From Octopus vulgaris (lineage: Eukaryota), in NCBI GenBank assembly GCA_951406725.2, contig OX597834.1, forward strand, positions 29,140,001 to 29,204,000: a stretch of 64,000 nt of DNA, read 5' to 3'. This document shows positions 1-12,439 of the stretch, in pieces. The position numbers and the translations under genes are program-made. Numbering within the stretch: the first letter of the stretch is position 1; every line of letters starts with the position of its first letter. The notes under the pieces were generated by a model that was given only the letters and a program-made list of their open reading frames with translations, searched no databases and was not told the DNA's origin.

Positions 1-297
1 CCCCGGGACTTATTCTATCGGTCTCTTTTGCTGAACCGCTAAGTGACGGGGACATAAACACACCAGCAATCGGTTGTCAAGCAATGCTAGGGGGACAAAC
101 ACAGACACACACACATATATATATACATATATACGAGAGGCTTCTTTCAGTTTCTGTCTACCAAATCCACTCACAAGGCATTGGTTGGCCCAGGGCTATA
201 ACAGAAGGCACTTGCCCAAGATGCCATGCAGTGGGACTGAACCCGGAACCATGTGGCTGGTTAGCAAGCTACTTACCACACAGCCACTCCTGCACCT
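1..297 (-). mobile_element. SINE family A (tRNA-like head, CORE-like segment, internal TA/TG tract), cut by window edge
   Basis: Minus strand begins AGGTGCAGGAGTGGCTGTGTGGTAAG (A-box-like) ... GGTTCAGTCCC (B-box-like) ... TCTTGGGCAAGTG; near-identical copies at 40665, 46450 and 57083. Confidence 0.85.
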
Positions 298-602
298 ATA
301 TTTATAAATGCATAATATAACTTTCAATTTAATTTATTTCACTCTTTCAATACCCATCATCCTATTCTTCCAATCCCATTACTAATTAGCAATTATTTAT
401 TTTGTAATTCCAACCCATCACAGCTCGTGAGCTGAAACTAGTTCAGTTCAAATCCAAGGTAAGGTTTTTTCCAATCCATTCTATCTTTCTATTAATTTAA
501 ACATCTACCCATTGCCAGATATTTAAGTTTCTTAAAAATTAACCAATTGAATAACAGCTCTGTGAATATTTTGCAGCTTATATAATTAAGTATATACATA
601 CA

Positions 603-1180
603 CATATGGAATGTCCTAGTGGAAACCTCAATAAAATTTAAGCACACAAGTCCTGATATAATAATTTGGGATAGAGAAGAGAAACTGTGTGCAGTTGTGG
701 AAATCAGCTGCCTAGTGGATGTTAACATAAAGCTAAAGATCAGTGAAAAAGCGAACACCTATGCTGAACTATTGAGAAATCTGCAGTTACTCTATCCTGA
801 TTACAAGTTCAAGTTTATACCTGTAATTATTGGGGCACTGGGATATATAACGCACTGCCTAAGTACCAATTTTGAGAAACTAGTGGCTTCTCAAAGCTGA
901 TTTGAAGATTATGGATCCAAGCTATCACTGGAACTGCAAAAATCTGTAAAACTTTCCAGAAGTTTATCATTTAAGTATATATGAGCATGTCTAAGATATG
1001 CAAGTATATGCATGAGAAGATGTACATAAAACATACAAATCTGCAAAATCTGCACGCCTATATACATACATACAAAAATATCCTATTTATGTTGAAATTC
1101 CAATGAAGGAGCCTTGGATCTAGGTTAGAAACCGGTTCTTTCATTATTGGCAAGAAATCTTGAAATAAAACTGAATAAGA
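603..1180 (+). mobile_element. 3' end of a restriction-like-endonuclease (R4/Dong-type) non-LTR retrotransposon with 3' UTR
   Basis: ORF 619-900 reads PDIIIWDREEKLCAVVEISC...KISEK...Y..L...FIPVIIGALG, the PD..E..K RLE signature; then a 3' UTR ending AAATAAAACTGAATAA. Confidence 0.8.
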
Positions 1181-1256
1181 GATACATATATGTGTATATG
1201 TGTGTATATGTATGTGTATGTATATGTATGTATATACATGCATGTGTGTGTGTGTA

Positions 1257-1287
<31 letters not shown>

Positions 1288-1789
1288 ATGTGTGTGTGTG
1301 TAAATTTGTACATGTAAACTAACAAAAACTACATTCACCAGTTTTGCTGCTAAAACCTTTTCCCAAAAGAAGCTAAAATAAATGAAGTCCGAATTGAGAT
1401 AAAATGTTGTTAGTTCTTCATTTTACTTGTGGAGTCTGAGAGTGTAAGGATGACTGCAGTAGAAACTAGAGGAATGGTAAGGTGGTGGAGGATGGTACAG
1501 GAATGGTAAGGAGGAAAGTGAGAAGGAGAGTGCTGGTAGCACTGTGGTGGTAGTGGCAGTGGTGGTGATCTTAGTTGTGACAATGATGGTGACCAACATC
1601 ATCATCATCATCATCCTCATGATGTTAGTAGTAGTAGTGATGATCATGGTGGTGATGGTGACGAGGAAGGAGAGGTGAGAGGAAGGATGAGCCAGAAGAA
1701 AGAAAGAAAGAAAGAATGGAAGAAAGAAAAAGGTAATGAGGGGAAAGAGAATTTAAAGAGGAAGTTGGTCAATGGAAACAGTCAGAGAA

Positions 1790-2366
1790 AGAGACACTAG
1801 AGAGAAAGAGAGAGGGGGAGAGAAAGAGTGAGAGCGAAAGAGTGTGTAGAGACAGAGAGAGAGAGAGAAAGAGTGTGTGAGAGAGAGTGAGAGATAGAGA
1901 GCAAGAGAGAATAAAAGAGAGTGAGAGAGAGTGAAAGAGAGATGGTAAGAGAGTGAGGGAAAGAGAGAGAGAGAGTGAAAGAGAGATGGTAAGAGAGTGA
2001 GGGAAAGACAGTGAGTGAAAGAGAGAGAGAAAGAGTGATAGAGACAGAGAGAGAGAGAGAGTGGAAGAGTGTGTGAGAGAGAGTGAGAGATAGAGAGCAA
2101 GAGAGAATAAAAGAGAGTGAGAGAGTGAAAGAGAGATGGTAAGAGAGTGAGGGAAAGAGAGAGAGAGAGTGAAAGAGAGATGGTAAGAAAGTGAGGGAAA
2201 GAGAGAGAGAGAAAGTGTGAGAGAGACAGAGAGAGAGAGTGAGGGAAAGAGAGAGAGAAAGAGTGAGAGAGACAGAGAGAGAGTGAGGGAAAGAGGGAGA
2301 GAGAGAGACAGGGAGAGAGAGAGTGAGGGAAAGAGAGTGAGTGAAAGAGAGAGGGAGAGAGAGAGA
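1790..2366. repeat. GA-rich low-complexity repeat with internal duplications
   Basis: Nearly pure purine on +; recurring units such as GAGTGAAAGAGAGATGGTAAGAGAGTGAGGGAAAGA. Confidence 0.9.
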
Positions 2367-3644
2367 GTAGTGGCTTGCAACATAGAGTTATTCCTGTTCC
2401 TTGGAAATCTGTTCCTCTACCACTGCTGCTGCCACCACCTCCATCCCATCCCCCCCCCGCACCATATAAACACAACCACCATCACCACCACCAACAAGAC
2501 TATCAACAACAGCCCCTCCCACATCATCCCACCACCACCACCACCACCACCACTATTATTCCCTTCGTTTTTAGCCCTCTATGCCCATCCACCTCCCTCC
2601 CTACATATATCTATCCACCCATCTACCCTACTTACCTACCTATCAACCTACCCCCCACCCACAGATCCCTGCACCTATTTTTCCTGGATTCCACATCTAA
2701 GTTTGACAGCTAAATGGGATGAAAATGTCGACATGATCTATGATTGGTTGTGTTGGCTGCGAGAGTGTGACACCCCTGATTACCAACACCTGCACCACAC
2801 CCCCACCTCCTACTTCATTTCATCCCTTTCTTACCCCTAGACTGTGTCCACACCCTGAAGCACCACCGATCATTGCCACACCCCTCCTGCCAGCCCACCA
2901 CCACCACCACCACCACCACAATTGTTTTACTACACTTGTCACGCTGCATCTCCTCCTCCTCCTCCTCTTCCTCCTTCTCCTCCTCCTCCTCCACCACTAC
3001 CACCACCACTACCACCATCGGGGGGGGCATTAACACTTTTTTTGTCTTTTGTTTTTTCTTTGGTTTTTCTTGCCTGTGTCTCCGCCTGTATGTCTTGAAG
3101 GTTTCTTCAAGATTCTTCAATCATGATCACTCATCACTCATCTTTCTATCACTCACTCATCTCGACTTCACATAATCCATCACCACTCACCACCTCCACT
3201 TTCGAAATTTACCCCACCCTCTTTCAGCCAAAGAGGGAGTTGCTGTGGTGGTCACTCTTCCAGCTAGAAATATCAGCTAAATCTCCTTCAAACAACAACC
3301 TTCTGTCTTAAGCAAAGAAGACTCACCATTCATCATTCATCATCATTTAATGTCCACTTTTCTAGGCTTGCATGGGTAGGACAGAGTTTACTGAGGCAGA
3401 TTTTCATCAGCTGGTTGCCCTTCCTGTTGCCAACCCTTAACTGGAGCAAAGGTCCTTCCCAAACCATTGGCTCTCTGAAGGCCAGTTTCCTGGATTCTGT
3501 GGTGCTGCATATCTTTTCACCCCTGGTCAGGAAACCAGTCCGTTGTAGGATTTACTCATTTCTGTTGGTTGAGTGTAGTGGAGCAATGTGAAATGATTTT
3601 GATCAGCAACACAACACATCGTCCAATCCATAGATTGGACGATG

Positions 3645-3936
3645 TTGTTGATGTTGAAATTCCAATGAAGGAGCCTTAACCCTTTCGTTACCAACCCGGC
3701 TGAAACCGGCTCTGGCTCTGAGTACAAATGTCTTGTTTTCATAAGTTTTGAATTAAAATCTTCCACCAAACCTTAGGCACAATTCATGTTCCTAACACTA
3801 GCTTAATGATAACGAAGTTATTTTACTAAATTCATTGTTATATTTAAAGTAATTGAAAGAAACACAGAGCATCTCAAAATAATTACAGTAACGAAAGGGT
3901 TAAATGTAGGTTAGAAACTGGCTCTTTCTCTATTGG
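3645..3936 (+). mobile_element. Second fragment of the R4/Dong-like 3' UTR, interrupted by a TTAA MITE
   Basis: GTTGAAATTCCAATGAAGGAGCCTT...TAGGTTAGAAACTGGCTCTTTC matches about 1091-1142 once the MITE is removed. Confidence 0.7.
3680..3899. mobile_element. piggyBac-like MITE
   Basis: TIR CCCTTTCGTTAC / GTAACGAAAGGG with TTAA at 3676-3679 and 3900-3903; second copy at 32465-32685. Confidence 0.9.
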
Positions 3937-4769
3937 TGGTGGTGATGATGATGATGATGATGATGATGATCCTTTCTATTATAAGTACAAGACCTGAAAT
4001 TTTGTGGCTAATTTGTTACGTTGACCCCAGTATTTAACTGGTACTTATTTCATCAACCCTGAAAGATTGAAAGGCAAAGTTGACCTCTGCAGAATTTGAA
4101 GGCAGAGCGTAAAGAGCCAGAAATAATGCTAGAATGCATTTTGAGTGGTGGGTTAACGATTCTGCCAGCTCATCATCATCATCATCATCATCATCATCAA
4201 CAACAACATCAACAGCAACATTAATAATGATATAATAAAAACAACAAAAACATCTGAATGAAAATGGAAAGCATTTTGAAAGGAATTTTGAGGCATCAAT
4301 GCATCCAATTAAGGGTTAGTATCATAGAAAATAGCAAATTAACCCTTTAAATACATCTGTCAGTCAAGGGACGAAACATTACAATTAGGATTTCCTGTTG
4401 GAAGACATTGCATGGCATCTCTGAGAGCAGATACCATGGCTGAAGAAAGATGGTGGAAGCTGCATATCAGGGACTGTTATATTATACATTCTGTACGATG
4501 AGATGGCAGACTAATTAGCAGTCTTACTGGCATTTCATTGGTCTTTACGTTCTGAGTTCAAATTCCAATGAAGTTGACTTTGCTTTTTATTATTCTGAGG
4601 TCAAAAAAGTAAGTACCAGTTGTGCACTGGGGTCCATGTAATTGACTGTCAAAATTTGACAAAACGCCAGCAGTTTTATATTATAATTTCTGTACTGTAT
4701 AGAGATGCTGTATGGTGCACTGTATACTGGTGCAATGTGTATAGCTGTTGTATTGTACATACTCTTTAC

Positions 4770-4970
4770 CAGTGGTTTTCCACCAGGGTTCCGCCAGTAC
4801 AGTCCAGGGGTTCCGCAAGAAGTTACAAAACTGCTAAAATCAGCAGTAATTTTTAATTCTCCCGTGCAGATATTTGTGCATAAGACTATTAAATTATTGC
4901 ACAGGGGTTCCTCAAGCCAGTGGAATGTTTCCTTGGGGTTCCGCTCCAGCAAAAAAGCTGAAAAGCACTG
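4770..4970. mobile_element. hAT-like MITE
   Basis: Ends CAGTGGTTTTC / GAAAAGCACTG; 8-bp TSD CTCTTTAC (4762-4769) / CTCTATAC (4971-4978); internal GGGTTCC repeats. Confidence 0.8.
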
Positions 4971-5929
4971 CTCTATACTGTATGCTACACACAGTAGACT
5001 GTATGTTGCTGTTATACAGCTTATTTGGTGCCCAGTCCATTCCAGATTATGGAATATCTGTAATCAAAGACGTTCCAACCATGACCATACCATCCTCAGT
5101 TTTCAACTATTGTACATCAACGACATTATCCCAAATGTTCTTTGCTGTTTTCTTTCTTCAGTTGTTGTTGCTGAAACAGCAGGATGTAATATGTGGGTAA
5201 TTTGACTGCTGTTTCTAGGTATTTAAATGACCACGTACATGCTTTTTGATTTATCACTTTTTCACTAAATTTCAGTTCTGTGTAAAAATTATATTTTAGC
5301 AAGACTCCAATGTTCACAATAGACTACTGCAGAGTGAGGAAAAAATTTATGGTAAATGAGTTAAAAATAAAGCTAAAGCTGAAGTGAACTACAGACTGTG
5401 TGTGTGTTGAATGACAATATGACCCTTCCCAAATAAACACTAACATTTTCGGAACTTGGTTTCACATAAAAATGTTTGCAAAATAAATTTTTTAAATGAA
5501 ATACTTTGGAAGTGGTATTGCAAAACTTAGTATCTTCTCTTGGATAATTCTTTTATGCCATAAATAATAAAGACAGATATGAGGAAACTGAAAAATTTAA
5601 TAAAAAAAAAATATATAAGAAATCTATCAAGATTCCATTGCTGTATGTCAAGACAATTCACTTAATTTTTCCTGTCAAAATTCCTCAAATTTCCATAGCA
5701 ACTAAAAACAATGAAGGGACCTTATCGATATGTTATAAGAATAAAACAAACTTTTTTTAAAATATGAAAAACATTATAGGAAGAATTTTTTTGAAAAATG
5801 AAATATATAAGAGTAGAAATTAAATTTAAAAATAATAAAAGCACAGGAAATTTAAAGAATAAAATTTCAATGTGATATAATAACAACAATAATGATGATA
5901 ATATTTCCAGTGAAATTACTGTCTTAAGC

Positions 5930-5979
<50 letters not shown>

Positions 5980-6436
5980 AAATTTATAGAATAGCTCAAG
6001 ATAATAAGATATAAAGTGCATTGCATACCCGGCAATACACGCAGGACTTCTTTCACATGAGAAATACAATCGATACAAAAATATGTTGATACATCAAAAA
6101 TTTTTTTTTTAAAAAAGAATTATGTTAAAAAAAATTTAAGAACCAAATGAAAATTTGGATAAAAAAAAATTTGCATAAAAAAATAAAGTATAGTACAAAA
6201 TATTATCTTAGGACATAAGAGAAATTAATATAATAAAGTTTGGTGTAACGTATACAAAGATTTTTTTGTTGTAAACTGTAAGAATGAAGAAGTTTTTAAA
6301 CATGTTAAGTGCAGTGAAAGAAAAATATCTGAGATGAGAAAATAAGATATTATATAAAATACTATTATATATATGCATGTACATCTGCAGCTATATATAT
6401 ATATATAGGATATATATATATATATATATATATAGG

Positions 6437-6467
<31 letters not shown>

Positions 6468-6780
6468 TTGATAGATAGAAGGACACTTACATATATACGT
6501 ACATATGTATACATAAAGCTATATATACTTATATATATATATATTATATACATGTATGTATACAATATATACAAGACTATTACCTATTATGTAACAGTAT
6601 AAAAAGAAAAGAGTGTATATAGTAAAATACATACAGAGAATTTTGCTACATGTTCAAAAAGAATGAAAACTTAAAACCTAAGAATGGAGTAGAGACAATT
6701 TGAAATAAAATACAAAATAAATTAAAGAAGCTGATATTCATCACTATCATCATCACCATCTTTGTCATCATTATCCCAAT

Positions 6781-6992
6781 ACCCCGCTGGCTAAGCGAGC
6801 AGGCCAAGAGAAGAAAGAGTGGGAGAAAGAGTGGTGAAAGAGTACAGCAGGGATCACCACCCCCTGCCGGAGCCTCGTGGAGCTTTTAGGTGTTTTTGCT
6901 CAATAAACACTCGCAACGCCTGGTCTGGGAATCAAAACCACGATCCTACGACCGCGAGTCCGCTGCCCTAACCACTGGGCCATTGTGCCTCC
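6781..6992 (-). mobile_element. SINE family C (tRNA-derived), 3'-truncated
   Basis: Minus strand GTGGAGGCACAATGGCCCAGTGGTTAGGG ... TTTGATTCCC; matches copies at 15630 and 16244. Confidence 0.85.
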
Positions 6993-7059
6993 ACACAAAG
7001 TATACAGGAGTGTTAAAATTAGAAAGGCGATGGGATGGGTTGTATAACAGGCACAGCAA

Positions 7060-7339
7060 TATGCTGTGCTTGAGAAGACCTGTTGAGTCAAGTGAAATCG
7101 TAGTTGTGGCTGATGCCAGTACCACCTGACTGGCCCTGCCGTGACGGTGGAATGTAAAAAGGCACCCACTGCACTCTCAGAGTGGTTGGTGTTAGGAAGG
7201 GCATCCAACTGTAGAAACCTTGCCAGATCAAACTGAAGTCTGGTGCAGCCTCCAAGCTTGCCAGTTCTCAATCAAACTCTGCAACCCATGCCAGCATGGA
7301 AAGTGGATGTTAAACGATGACAATGATGATGATGATGAA

Positions 7340-7379
<40 letters not shown>

Positions 7380-7380
7380 T
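7060..7380 (+). mobile_element. Retroposon family E (ends in a (GAT)n tail)
   Basis: GGTTGGTGTTAGGAAGGGCATCCA...AACCCATGCCAGCATGGAAAGTGGATGTTAAACGATGA then (GAT)n; more than a dozen copies in the window. Confidence 0.8.
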
Positions 7381-7887
7381 GTTAAAATTATAAATTGTTA
7401 AGGTACAAGGCCAGGAATTTGGAGTGGGGGCAAACACTTGTCAACCTAATGCTGGAAGAAGAATCTTTAGTCGGTCCATCTATACTGATTGTATGGAGGT
7501 ATGGTTGGATTAAGACCCTTTCAACAGCATTTTGTCCAACTGTTTGGGATGAGTAGTGAGTAAGAATGCAGGGCATGTCTCAAACGAGTGTGGATGAGCA
7601 TATGCGCATAGACACATGTATGTGGGTGTGCATGCGTGCATGTGTATGCATGAAAATGCATGCATACACATTCACCATGAGCATATTTACACCTTTACTT
7701 TTTATTCTTATTGCTTATTTTTTACACATTTTTCTGTATTTTTGCCTTTAGCTCTGTTTTATCATGTGCATGTGCATATATAGACGTGTGTATGAACCTC
7801 TTTTGTGTGCATGTGTGTGTGTGGGTATGTATATATTTTTTGGCAAATGTGTGTTTGAAGTGAGGGTGGATGAGTATATACATATAT

Positions 7888-8118
7888 ATTTCTTTACTAT
7901 CCACAAGAGGCTAAACATAGAGGGGACAAACAAGGACAGACAAAGGGATTAAGTCGATTACATCGACCCCAGTGAAAAACTGGTACTTAATTTATCGACC
8001 CCGAAAGGATGAAAGGCAAAGTCGACCTCGGCGAAATTTGAACCCAGAACGTAACGGCAGACGAAATACGGTTAGGCATTTCGCCCGGCGTGCAAACGTT
8101 TCTGCCAGCTTGCCGCCT
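7888..8118 (-). mobile_element. SINE family B (~230 bp)
   Basis: Minus strand AGGCGGCAAGCTGGCAGAAACG ... GGTTCAAATT ... GCCTTTCATCCTTTCGGGGTCGATAAATTAAGTACCAG; many near-identical copies. Confidence 0.88.
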
Positions 8119-8312
8119 TATGAGTATATACATATAGGTACATGTATGAGGGTGTGCAGGCATGCATATATATGTATGGACATGCGCGCTTACGCGATTA
8201 CTATAAACATTTTTACTCCCTTACCTTTACTCCCTCCCCTTACTTAGCAGTCATTCTAATAGCTCTTTTGTCTTAATAATGGTCATTTTCATAGCATTTT
8301 TTTTGATGGCCC

Positions 8313-8373
8313 GATAACTGAAGAGATGCTGGCATGGGTTTCTGCCCTGACATCCGAAACTTGGAGTTTTGTC
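8313..8373 (+). ncRNA. Type-I hammerhead ribozyme-like motif (intact core)
   Basis: GATAA-CTGAAGA-GATG...CATC-C-GAA-ACT-TGG-AGT-T-TTGTC: stem I GATAA/TTGTC, core CUGAAGA and GAAA, stem III ACT/AGT, site GUU. Confidence 0.55.
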
Positions 8374-8395
8374 ATGGCTACCAAATAATTGTCAC

Positions 8396-8439
<44 letters not shown>

Positions 8440-8443
8440 CCTA

Positions 8444-8496
<53 letters not shown>

Positions 8497-9202
8497 GGAG
8501 AGATAGATAGATAGATAGATAGATATATGTATATGTTTACATAAGTATGGGAATATACACACACACACATACATAAGCATATAAATGCATAAACATGTAT
8601 GCACGTGTAAATACAATGGTATATTATTAGATATTATATATACATTTGTGAATAGATGATGATGATATATTTGCATATATAATATATACATACATATGTA
8701 CATTTACGCCACAACAATACATGCATTCACACACACACATGTACAAGATATGTGTTGTAACTTTTGAAAAGCTGAGAAATGTCAGGGCAATAACATTCTT
8801 TGATGTTTGAATGTTTAACCTTCATCAGAATCTCTTACAATGTCTTGTAATGAAAACAATACCAAAATTTTGAACCAGTGACATGAGTGTAGCGGCAAAA
8901 ATAATGGCCGTATGAGGTGGAGCTTTGTTAAGCATTCTACTAATACCTTGCTAATATATGTACACATCCATACACATATCCATACTTATATGTGTGTTTG
9001 CATATATTAGTATGTATGTGCATGTGTGAGTGTATCAATATTTGAGTGTATATATATATGTGTGCTTGTATGTATGTTTCTTTCTATCTATCCATCTATC
9101 TATTTGTCTGTCAGCATACACATAGATATGTATATAAACATATATATATATATATATATATAAGAAAAATAATATGAAAATCTTGAAAGTACATTAGATT
9201 TT

Positions 9203-9248
<46 letters not shown>

Positions 9249-9315
9249 CTGTTTTTTTAATAAAAGGAATTTTATTTTTTTATGGTATACAGTAAATAAT
9301 TTTTCCATATATATG

Positions 9316-9366
<51 letters not shown>

Positions 9367-9862
9367 AAATAAACATGCAAAAATATTTTTGCATCATAGA
9401 AATGTTTTCATAAACTGAAAATATTAGTATGTGCCTATACAAGGTGAATTTTGCACACAACATAAAAAAATGGGAAAAAAAAGTAGTTTTTATAAAAAAA
9501 AAAAATTGCTGAATAAATTTTAGTCCATGTTACAGGCAAAAGAGGTTTTACTGTAATTGGAAGATTATGTTTTACCACACAAAATTTGTAAGAATTTTTC
9601 TTAGGTTTTCTGTTCTTGGTACCCAATGATTAGGTCAGACATGTTGGGCAACTTATGTTCCCATGACCATTCCCAAATTGTGAAGTAGTTTTCTAAAACG
9701 AACTGAAGGCTAAATACACACACACACATCTGTGTGCTTTTGTGTGTGTTTGTGTCGATAGATAGATTGATAGATGGTCAGCTAATACCCTACTAATTAT
9801 ACATATACTGATACATATATGTGTGTATGTAAAAGTGTGTTTGCTTTTATCTTGGTTTGACA

Positions 9863-9896
<34 letters not shown>

Positions 9897-10199
9897 GTTG
9901 AATCATGTAATAACTATGAATATCACACAACATATGAATGTATATTTCTAAATCAGCACCAGCATGGTCATGTGCTAAAGAAGTTTGCTTTTGCACCCCT
10001 GTCACATTGGGTTTCTTCAGCAGGTTTCTTCTACAAAAGCTCTAGGCCAACGAATGCTTGGTAAACTCCTATATATACAGGAGGAGGAGGAGGAAAAAGG
10101 AAGTAGAAATTTCTTCTTCCTTTTCCTTCCTCCTCTTCCTCCTGCATCTGTTTTCGTCTTCTTTTTCTTCTCTTCCTCCTCTTTTATTTCTTTATTACC

Positions 10200-10410
10200 A
10201 GTTCTTCAGCACTTGGCAGTGTGTCTGGGTCCTCTATGATGGTTAGGTGTCCGTGATGTCTAGCATGTCTGAGATGCTGTTTTCCATGGCATAGAGTTTG
10301 GAATAATGTTCCACCCATCTCTCCAGCTGCTCTCTTTTGCTGTTGATGACATCCGTGGGTCTGGATTTGAGTGGCGCTATCTTGCTCTGGTGTGGGCTGA
10401 TGGCTTTCTT
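10200..10410 (-). mobile_element. RTE-type LINE fragment (region N-terminal to RT)
   Basis: Reads KKAISP...APLKS...EQLERWVEHYSKLY, typical of the RTE-clade linker. Confidence 0.65.
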
Positions 10411-10765
10411 GATACAGCAGAATGGGCTGACACTGCAGAGTGCCAAAAACCCCTACTTTGCCATTAAGATACAGGACCAGATAGTGCAGCAGCTTAGATT
10501 TCAAGGGCCCACGCCATTTCAATATCTTCCCCAAAAGCCTGAAAGACCTACATGGGGTGTGTGTAGGTGTCTTCAAAATAAAGGTGGATCTCCTCCTGTC
10601 AAGACTTCTAGTTGAACCTACTTCACTGCAAGAAATGCAGATGAGAGTAGCAACATCAAACTCCTTCATTCACCAAATGCCACATATCAGAGGTTTCAAG
10701 AAGTGAAAATATAACAAAGTTAACAGTGGTGCCCCAGCATGGCCACAACTCTCAAGCTGAAACTA
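10410..10765 (+). mobile_element. CR1/Jockey-group LINE 3' end with tail
   Basis: Decayed frame ...FKGPRHFNIFPKSLKDLHGV..VFKIKVDLLLS..EPTS..MRVATSNS is homologous to 51802-52257; tail GGTGCCCCAGCATGGCCACAAC...CTGAAACTAG. Confidence 0.75.
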
Positions 10766-10779
10766 GTAATATATATATT

Positions 10780-10933
10780 GGTTGGCGTTAGGAAGGGCAT
10801 CCAGCCGCAGAAACACTGCCAGATCTGACTGGGCCTGATGAAGCCTTCCGGCTTCACAGACCCCAGTTGAACCGTCCAACCCATGCTAGCATGGAAAACA
10901 GACGCTAAATGATGATGATGATGATGATGATGA
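10780..10933 (+). mobile_element. Family E 3' part
   Basis: GGTTGGCGTTAGGAAGGGCATCCAGCC... followed by (GAT)n. Confidence 0.8.
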
Positions 10934-11034
10934 TATATATATATTTTAATCAATATACAAAAATGAAAAGAAAATGGAGATTTACGAATGACATATTTTA
11001 GTTTAACTTATTGTATTATTATTATTATTATTAT

Positions 11035-11166
11035 TATTGAGTGAGAGAGCAGTTCATGCCATCAAAGTGACACTGGGGTAAAATATACAAAATATACAAA
11101 GCCCAATATACCCATCATGACTACCCATCTGATAAGGGTACACCAGGCACATGTATCACAACCATA
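11035..11166 (-). mobile_element. LINE 3' UTR fragment embedded in (TAA)n
   Basis: Matches about 63585-63710; flanked by (TTA)n on both sides. Confidence 0.65.
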
Positions 11167-11176
11167 TTATTATTAC

Positions 11177-11224
<48 letters not shown>

Positions 11225-11419
11225 CATTATTATATAATATAAATACAAATATTATAATCCTACAAATTGTTTTGAAATTATAAAAATTCATGCTTATGTG
11301 TAAGAATCTCATCAGGGAAATATCAGACAAAAATTACATATGAGGATTGTTAGATCCTAGAACACACTAATCAAAGACTATGGTATCATATCAATAGATG
11401 CATTTCAGATGATTTTACC

Positions 11420-12071
11420 AATTTTGTTGATGACGATAATGATGATGATGACTGATGATAATGATGATGGCAATGATGATGATGACGATGGCTATGATGA
11501 CAACAGTTATGATGATGGTTATGATGATGTGAGTTATGACTTTGTTGTTGATGATGATGATGATGATGGTGATGATGAAAATGACAATGGTGATGGCGGT
11601 GACAATGATGATGATGATGATAAAATCAGTGAATTTTGCTTCAGTGTTGGTGGTGCTTCAGTGACTAATGGTTGTGGTAGTGGTGGTGGTGGTGGTGGTG
11701 GTGACTGTAGCAGTGGTGGTAGCAGTTTATCGATTGGAGATGTAATGAAAGTAGTGATGGTAGCAGTGGTAGTGGTGGTTGTAATGGTACTGGTGATGTG
11801 GTTGTCATTTGCATTTGCTGGTAGTTGCGGTGTTGGTAGTGTTGATGGTGAGGGTGGCAACGGTGATGTTGTTGTTGTTGCTGGTAGCAGTGGTGGTGGT
11901 GGTGGTGGTGGTGGTGGTACATTTTGGTATTTGTGGTTCCACGATTCTAGCTGGTGCTTAATCTTTCCCTCATTTATCAAATTCAGAATACTAAAAAAGA
12001 AAACATTTACTTTACATCATCATCATCATCATCACCATCACCACCAACACCACCATCACCATCACCATCAC

Positions 12072-12140
<69 letters not shown>

Positions 12141-12179
12141 CACCACCACCACCACCATCACCATCACCATCACCATCAC

Positions 12180-12212
<33 letters not shown>

Positions 12213-12265
12213 AACATAAGGATGGATGAAACAACAATATTAATGATGATGATGATGATGATGAG
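11420..12265. repeat. (GAT)n/(GGT)n/(CAT)n trinucleotide low-complexity block
   Basis: Direct inspection; produces the spurious poly-D/G/H ORF 11409-12389. Confidence 0.9.
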
Positions 12266-12357
12266 AATAATAATTCTTTCTACTATAAGCACATGCAAGA
12301 AATTTTTGAGAGGCACCAGTCAATTACACACACATATGCATGAAGGTATATATATCC

Positions 12358-12418
<61 letters not shown>

Positions 12419-12439
12419 CAGAAGAGAACCAACAACCAG

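Noticed and set aside
74-307. Recurrent ORF MSSNARGTNTDTH... (also near 40607-40888, 46623-46925 and 57248-57514)
   Set aside because: Antisense translation of SINE family A, not a gene family.
424-458. Possible 35-nt exon (CACAG| ... AAG|GTAAGG)
   Set aside because: It overlaps a LINE-tail remnant and the pyrimidine tract is weak.
1753-2840. Ser/Leu- and Arg/Glu-rich ORFs over 200 aa
   Set aside because: Artefacts of the (GA)n low-complexity tract.
8795-8832. Further hammerhead-like motif on the minus strand (CTGATGAAGG...CAAACATC)
   Set aside because: GAAA is lost and stems I and II do not pair convincingly.
11409-12389. 326-aa ORF with poly-Asp, poly-Gly and poly-His
   Set aside because: It is made of (GAT)n, (GGT)n and (CAT)n microsatellites, has no domain, and overlapping frames are equally low-complexity.
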